Shown here: in pieces, positions 57,322-64,000 of the stretch
Numbering within the stretch: the stretch's first letter is position 1
Layout of the letters: each line of letters starts with the position of its first letter
Assembly: GCA_963736005.1 (NCBI GenBank)
Contig: CAVTNB010000001.1
Span: forward strand, 352,001 to 416,000
Length of the DNA: 64,000 bases
From: an uncultured Pseudomonadota bacterium
GTDB lineage: Bacteria; Vulcanimicrobiota; Vulcanimicrobiia; Eremiobacterales; Eremiobacteraceae
Direction of reading: 5' to 3'
Translations under genes and position numbers: made by a program
The notes under the pieces: model-generated
Database searches by the model: none
Told to the model about the DNA's origin: nothing
The model's input: only the letters and a program-made list of their open reading frames with translations

Positions 57322-58223
57322 TCAACGTTGACGCGCTGAACGTAGTCTCCGTGTGGCGCAACCAAGACGGTCCACAAGGCGTGGCTGCGGTATCGATCGT
57401 GATCGGTATGTGAATTGTGACCGATGACCAGCGTTGCAAGTAGCTTGGGGGTGGCGGCATCGCGCACCGAGAGCATGGGAAATCGGACGATCAGCCGCGC
57501 ACGCTAGATAGCCCGTCCCCTGGTCTAAATCACATTGGTCTGTATCCGGTGGCATTCTGGTCATACCTAGACGCTTGCCTTGCCGATCGGACACGGATAA
57601 CACGCCGTTCTTGTCTCCGATGATGATTGTGGAATTCACAGCGTCGGACTGCAGCGGGTGATTGTCCTTTAGTTCAGGCGTCTTCACCGTCTCGACAACG
57701 CGCAGCGATGCGGGGTCGATGACGACAAATTCATCGAGGTCTGGAATGTTCTGGTAGATATCGCTGTTCTTTGGGTCGATGGCGAGATATTCATGATCAT
57801 TCCCGGCGTGACCACCGTGCCAACGAGCTGCATCTTGGCTGCGTCGATCACGAAGACGTGATTGCCGCTATCCTCGTCTGCGTAGATCTTGTCGTACTTG
57901 GGATCAAACGCAATGGCATCGATTGGTTTGGAAAGCGTCACCGAGGCCTTGACCTGCATCGACTTTGGATCGACCTGCGAAACCGTATCCGCATCCCCAT
58001 CGCCAGTGTACACCATGCCTGTCCGCACGTCGACCGCGACTCCTTGCAGGTGACCTCCAACGTCGACTTGGCCCACAACGGCACCGGAATCGGCGTTGAC
58101 GATGAGCAACGCCTGGCTGCCCGTGTGTGCCGCGTACACGCGTCGGCGCTCTGCGTCCACGGCGACATAGTCGAAATGACTGAAGATCGGAACCGGTTGG
58201 GGCGGTGCGGCGGACAGATGCAT
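57322..58223 (-). pseudogene. YncE-like beta-propeller, paralog of 51520-52428, several frameshifts
   Basis: FDYVAVD...YAAHTGS, YADEDSG | EYLAIDP...YQNI | NHPLQ...DQCDL; AAGGAG RBS. Confidence 0.8.
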
Positions 58224-58246
58224 GCTATTGTCTCCTTATCAATCTC

Positions 58247-58279
58247 AGACTAGCACACGATTATTACATCAATATGAAC
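58247..58279 (-). promoter_or_regulatory. OmpR/PhoB-type box promoter 3
   Basis: GTTCATATTGATGTAAT-N10-TAGTCT. Confidence 0.8.
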
Positions 58280-58343
58280 GACCGCAAGCCTGGGTAGGCG
58301 ACCATGCTACAGCCTTCGTGAGCGAGGCAAGGACCGACCCTAT

Positions 58344-60069
58344 TTACGGAATGAACTGACGCGGTAGCGGTAGGTATCCGGCAGGAGGCGAGGTCACGGC
58401 GCCGGGCACCGCAACGGGGCGAATGCCGAGCGTCGCGCAGCTCAGCGGAGCCGGAATTTTGCCCACCACGTCATCCGGAATTTCCGCCGCGGTGGCCGGA
58501 ATAGGAGGCACCTCTCCACGCAAGCGGCGCGGATCGAACGCTCCGCTGAGATCGGTAAGAAGTGGGTTTGCGTCTCGCGGTCCCTCGGGCATGTATGGCT
58601 TCTCGTCGGGGAGTGATGCCAGCGCTGGCAGTCCAAAGAGAGTATTGACGAATTTGACCACTGAACCCGTGTCGCCGATATCGTGAACGATCGCACCTGA
58701 CTTGGCATATGGCGAAATCAGGATAAACGGCACGCGGGGACCGTCGCCGCACGGATGGCCGTCGGGGCAACGTTCGAATTGCGGCGGCACCACATGATCG
58801 TAAAATCCGCCGCTATCGTCCCAGGTAATAATGATGGCTGAATCTTTCCAATACCGGCTGCGTGCTATTGCGTTGACGAAGGTCGCCACGAACGCCTCGG
58901 CAACCTGTCGATCGGAGTCATCCGTACCCGGATGATCGTCGTCGCCCATAAAATATTTTTGAATAAAAGGACTCTGATTGGCGGGGCGCCAGCCAAAATG
59001 GTTGTGCGATCCGCCCTTGATGTAGACGACCGAACGATCTGGCAGCGTGCCGTCGTGCAGCGCCGGCAAAATCTCTTTTACGCTGTGCACGTTGTGCCAG
59101 AAAACGTCGTTGTGCCGCATATAGGCGAAGAACTGCACGACGTTGCGGTGCGATGAGTATCCTTCCACAGCGACCTTATCGGCGTAGTTGTAGCCTTCTT
59201 GATACCAACCCCAGGTGAGCGGCTCCCCGCCACTTTGAGCCATAAGAGAGAGGTCGTCGCTTACTCCACGCGTATCGTTCGTCGCGCGCGCGTCGTTTCG
59301 GCCGTTGAGCGTCAGAAGCACGGTGGCAAAGCGCAGGGGGATTTCAACCGGTGTTGTGGTTTCCCAGGATATGGCCCGAAGGCTGGATCGATGCTGCTGA
59401 GCACTGGAACCCCAGGTCCTTTTCCGTTTGGCTTGACTGCTTCTTCCGGATCGCGTGCCCATTGCGTTTGACCCGTCTGCGCGGCAATGATCTCGATGTT
59501 GCCCGGGGTCGACGGCCCGATCATGCCTTGGAAGAATCGATCGTAAAGGGTAAACGAGCGTGCATATTTCCACAAATATGGGATGGTATCGCAGTCGTAG
59601 TGCGACATCGTTAGCAGGCCCATTGCCTGTGAGTCCGACGCGTTGTAGTCCTTCGCGCTGTCCCTTTCCTCCTGGCAATATATTGGTCGTTCTTGCCACC
59701 GTCTATTTTCGCAAGCAATGCTGCGCGCGAATGGCCGGGACTCTCGATGTCTGGATCGGTGATGAGAAACGGCGTAACCCATCGCTTACCGATCGGGTCG
59801 TATTGGCGAAAACCGTGCAATCTCGCTTGTGCGGTCGCAAGATTGTCCGCCCCGGGATACGTGCCGAAGTATTCGTCGAATGAGTGATTCTCTTGGTAGA
59901 TAACAAACACGTGCTTGACGTGCTGGCGCAACTCCGAAATAAGTTGCTGGTTCGACCTCGGCATTTGAGCTTGCGCATTGACACGGTGGCCGGACGTCCA
60001 GACCGACCAGGCCAGGGTGGCGACGCACAAGAGCGTTAGGATATCTTGCGTATGGAAAGGTCTACCCAC
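58344..60069 (-). pseudogene. Phospholipase C / acid phosphatase (phosphoesterase family); two frameshifts near 59670 and 59345
   Basis: KHVFVIYQENHSFDEYFGTYPG | YDRFFQG..GPSTP | DDHPG, IIITWDDSGGFYDHV and GPRVPFILISPY motifs; GGAGGA RBS. Confidence 0.85.
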
Positions 60070-60119
60070 GCGTCCTCCATGGCGTCAAAGTACAACTCTA
60101 CTTCGTTTTGTGACTCTCT

Positions 60120-60152
60120 AGCCTAGCACCAAATGATTACAGAAACGTTAAC
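60120..60152 (-). promoter_or_regulatory. OmpR/PhoB-type box promoter 4
   Basis: GTTAACGTTTCTGTAAT-N10-TAGGCT. Confidence 0.7.
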
Positions 60153-60227
60153 GACCAGACGTTTGGCGATAATCTTGCGACCGGAGGAGCGTATGCGCTC
60201 CCCGATTGCCGCCTGCGCAAGGTGACG

Positions 60228-62914
60228 TTAGTACGTTGGATGACACTGAAGATCACCGAAGCCGGTGCTTGACCGAAACGTTCCGATCCTTGTGATACCG
60301 CCGGTATCGGTGCCGAATTGGTTCTCGGGCACAAACACGCCGAGACCGATGCGACCATACGTGTCGACCGCTTGATTGAACAGGTTCGAGACGCCCAGGT
60401 TCACTGCCGTGTGCGGCGCCACTTGTTGAGTTATGGCAAGATCCGCGGTCCCAAAAGATGGGCGATCTAGTTCGTTATTGCTGTCGACTTGAGAATAGTC
60501 GAGATATATCTCGCCTCCTTTGATGGATGTAGCGTCCATGTAGACTCCCCACTGTATGGAGAGGGATGCTGGGCAGTTGCGAGCCTGGGATCAGCGTCGG
60601 GTTGCTCATCAACAGTGAAGCCGGAGCATCGAAGAACGTCGTGGATTGCGTGTCCCAGTAGGCATCAAACAAGGTGTGTTCGTTAGCGCGGAAACGCTGG
60701 CTGAGCTCAACCCCCGGGCTCTCGCTGTTGCTAAGTTGAGATTGGAATTAACGAAGAGGTTGTTGATCGTGGGCGGGTTAGAGGACAGATCGACCCACTC
60801 CGTGAGGTGCGCCAGGACCTCATTGATGTAATTGGGGCCACCGAATTCGTTAACAAGGTCAACGTAAGGCCCAGATGCGGGAGCTTGGGCCTCAAAGATC
60901 GTGTTTTTTTCATTGGTGTCGTACCCGTGAACTGGGTTATGGTGTCCCCGACCTCGCGGTGCGCGATGAGATCTCGTTGTCGGTTGATTTCTCGGGGAGC
61001 ACACCCGACGTCGGGAAGCGGTTCCCAAGGAGAACTGCTGGCAGTTGCCTGGCTTGATGCCTCCGCGCTTCCGGTGAACGGGCTGCGATAGGCGGCGGGG
61101 TCTGCTGATGCCGCGCCCGCCGTCAAACGGATGACGTCCGCTGACTCAGGGCGATAGAGAAGTGAGAGGCGAGGATCGAACGACCAGCCGCCAACCAGCG
61201 AATGTTTTTCCCAGGCGTTCAGGAAGAACTAAAGCTGGTTGGATGGCGGTGCATGCGTCGCGAATAAAGTAGCTGTCGAGCTTTTGAAAGAGGGATGCAT
61301 TCGGAAGACCGGGGGAGTGGCGGCGCCACTGATAGTGTTGCGTTAAAGTACTGGCGGTGGGTATAAACGCCGAAGCCGAAGTCGTTGTTGACGCTCGCGA
61401 TATCGTCACTGATGAGGGCGCCAAACGTGTGGTAGATATTCGTCAAGACATTTGTAGGCCCGTTGACGTACGAAAATGGGCGCTCACGATTTTGACTAAA
61501 ATTGTCGATAAAGCCATCGACGACAATCTGGTTCTTACCCACCGTCGTGAGGAGCCGCGCATGATAGTCTTGGTTGCCCAACGCCTGGAAGGCGCCAGGG
61601 CCGCCGCCGGCCGGACCACTCGCTCCTTGCGCGTATTGCTGAGGCGTCAAACAGACGGTGACCTGAGTCCTCCTTCACATCGATGCCTGGCTTGCCTCCG
61701 GTCGTCGTGCAGTTCGAGCTGGTTTCTGCGTTGTAGAGTGCCTTTTGATAACTCACATTGTCGTTGTCACCATTACCAGTCTTGTCGTCCCAATCCGTTG
61801 CCGTATAGCCGGTCAACGTTAGAGACGTGCTCGGTGAGAAGGCGTAGCGCAATTTAGCGAGACCATTGCGAAGCAGGTAATCACCACTAACAAAGTAGGT
61901 GTTGCCTGCGAGGTTGGAGGAAGTGAAGTTGGTACCAGTGAGGCCAGTCTGCGCGATAATTTGGCCAGGGAAATCGCCGTAGGTTCCTGATACGCCATAG
62001 ACGAGCGCGTAACCAATCTTTTCATCGGTGCCAGTGGCCTGCGCGACCAAAGATCTGCTTGCCGTGTTCACCAAAACCATACTCCAGCTGGCCGTGAGAC
62101 TGCTGCGTTGGATTGAGGCGTCTGGAAGTCGACGGACCCTCCCACAGCGTCGACGCCATAGAGACCGGTTGCACCCGAGCCATAGGTGACAAGCGTATTC
62201 TCGATGGCGTAGAGCGGAGAGTCCGCAAAGTTGAATCCGCCCACGCCGCCGCCGATGTCCCCCGGATAGACGCCGAGCGGCCCAATCGGATGGCCGTCGA
62301 GCATGACCTGCGTTTCGCTCGGCTTGAGTCCTCGAATATCGATGCTGATGTCGTCACCCACCGCCGAATCCAAACCGATCAGGTTGACTTCGGGTAGCTT
62401 CCCAAGCGTTTCAGCCATGCGAATTTGATTGGTGCGTTGTGCCAACTGTGGGTCGGCGGCAGCCTGAATGGTGGTCGTCGTCTGCAGTCCACCTCCGCTG
62501 AGAGCTGATGAGGACGCGCCCGATTTGCTTAACGGCGCCCGCGCTTTGCGGACCGTTGCAACACGAGCGTAATGTTTAGCGGACCGCTCGCTCACGGGCA
62601 GCGCATCCGATCGAACCGTGCCGTAGCCCGATGCACGCACGAGCACGACGTACGTGCCCGGACTCACTGCAGGAAACTTGAAATTGCCGAAGTTGTCTGA
62701 GGTCGTCGTCGCGACAACTTCTCCCCTTGTTCGAGATCGATGGTGGCCCCGGCAATCGGCAACGAACCGTCGCGATCGACGACCGTTCCACTCACGGTCG
62801 CGGTGAGCGTTGATGGTTGCGCCGGAGAGTCGGCAAGCACCGGCAAACTCGCCACCGAATCAAAAGAAGAGCCAAGAATGTCCGTGTAATGGACGACCAG
62901 ATAACCGATTGCAT
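60228..62914 (-). pseudogene. TonB-dependent receptor (TBDR3), paralog of TBDR2, heavily frameshifted
   Basis: Colinear fragments VSGTVVD, YGSGATGLYGVD, WDDKTGNGDNDN, GPAGGGPG and GLGVFVPENQFGTD; AAGGAGG before ATG 62914. Confidence 0.8.
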
Positions 62915-62930
62915 TGTAGAGCAGCCTCCT

Positions 62931-63735
62931 TCAGATCCTGAGGATGAATAAGTGTACGTCGGATGCAGTCGCGCCCGTCATCAGGCTGACGGCTGCATCC
63001 ATGGTAGTAGCTCGCGGGTTCGAGCGTCCCCACGCGCCGCCCGTGTCGCAAGACAACGATGCGATTCGCCACCTCGAACACGTGTGGCAAATTGTGACTG
63101 ATAAAAACAACGGCGGTGCCTCGCGCACTGATTTTTGCATGAGCTGGAGCACGAGCGCCGTTTGGGAGACCCCAACGCAGCGGTGGGTTCGTCCATGATG
63201 ATGACGCGCGAGCCCCACAAACACAGTGCGTGCAACGGCGATGGACTGTCGCTGTCCGCCCGAAAGCGTATCGACCCGTTGGTCGATGGAACCAACCTGG
63301 ATGCCGAAGTGGCTGCAAATGTTCCTCGGAGCTCTTGCGCATGGCCACCCGATCGAGGACATCAAACATACCCGCCAGACCCGGTCGCACGATTTCGCGC
63401 GCAAGGAAAAGGTTAGCAGCGATGTCGAGATCCGGGCGCAAGCGCAAGGTCCTGATAGTCGTCTCGATTCCCGCTGCCCGTGCGTCCCTGGGCGTCGCGA
63501 AAGCGACCGGATTTCCGCGCATCAGCAGCGTACCGGATCCGGCGACAGCACGCCGGAGATATCTTCGCGAGGGTCGATTTTCCCGCACCGTTGTCGCCGA
63601 TGAGTGCGACGATCTCGCCCACTAGGCACTTCAAAGTCGACCTCGTTCAAGCGCGCGCACATTACCAAAGCGCTTCGAGATGCCTCGTCGCTTCGAAGAC
63701 TGGATATCGCGCCGTCCTGCCGCTAACACGATCAC
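62931..63735 (-). pseudogene. Sugar ABC transporter ATP-binding protein, frameshifted
   Basis: GISKRFG | GEIVALIGDNGAGKSTL | YQDLAL | LSGGQRQ | IIMDEPTAALG | ISHNLPHVFEVA; boundaries approximate. Confidence 0.75.
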
Positions 63736-64000
63736 GCCATCGCCAATCTTCGGCTTGCGCCAGCGATCGAGATAAACAAAGAGAATCAAGAGCGCGCCCT
63801 CGGCGATGCGTGCTACTTGTGGATCAAAATTCAGTAGGTTGAGCCCGTTGGTCAAGATCTGCACGAGCAGCACGCCGAGAAATGTGCCGAGAATTGAGCC
63901 CCGCGCGCCGAACAGACTCGCGCCACCCAACACCGCCGCCGCAATGGCGTCGAGCTCATAACCCGTGCCCGCGTTGGGGTCGCCTTGCGCTTGCCGGGCG
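63733..64000 (-). CDS. Sugar ABC transporter permease (RbsC-like), C-terminal part
   Basis: GTGYELDAIAAAVLGGASLFGARGSILGT...NGLNLL; runs off the window and the 3' end is uncertain. Confidence 0.85.

Overview
Bacterial chromosomal window from a diderm organism; the TonB-receptor style and small-gene content suggest Ca. Eremiobacterota (inference only). 1-31.4 kb is mostly core or metabolic DNA: two glycosyltransferases, pyrG, an rpmE-prfA-prmC-hemF operon, a TonB-dependent receptor (TBDR), and a BMP-type nucleoside ABC transporter converging on an SBP56-deoC-ALDH-ALDH' cluster. It continues with divergent tRNA-Ile/tRNA-Ala genes, a TBDR plus two-component module, an amidase, an SSADH/APC-permease operon and tRNA-Ala(GGC). 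From 31.4 to about 49 kb lies a decayed integrative element with a tyrosine integrase, a MASE4-GGDEF-EAL gene, a three-gene toxin-antitoxin-like operon, a terminase fragment and many small or broken cargo genes. From 49 to 63 kb is a minus-strand cluster: TBDR, phosphoesterases, YncE-like propellers, a beta-barrel protein, an OmpR-family two-component system, a desaturase and a PAP2 phosphatase. Four promoters in this cluster share the architecture GTT(C/A)A(T/C)-N4-(C/A)TGTAAT-N10-TAGnCT, the strongest non-coding signal in the window. Two GTAG-type REP families are present. Beyond about 57.3 kb every gene is frameshifted, probably from consensus error. No rRNA gene or CRISPR array was seen. 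Family assignments come from motif recognition, not database searches.
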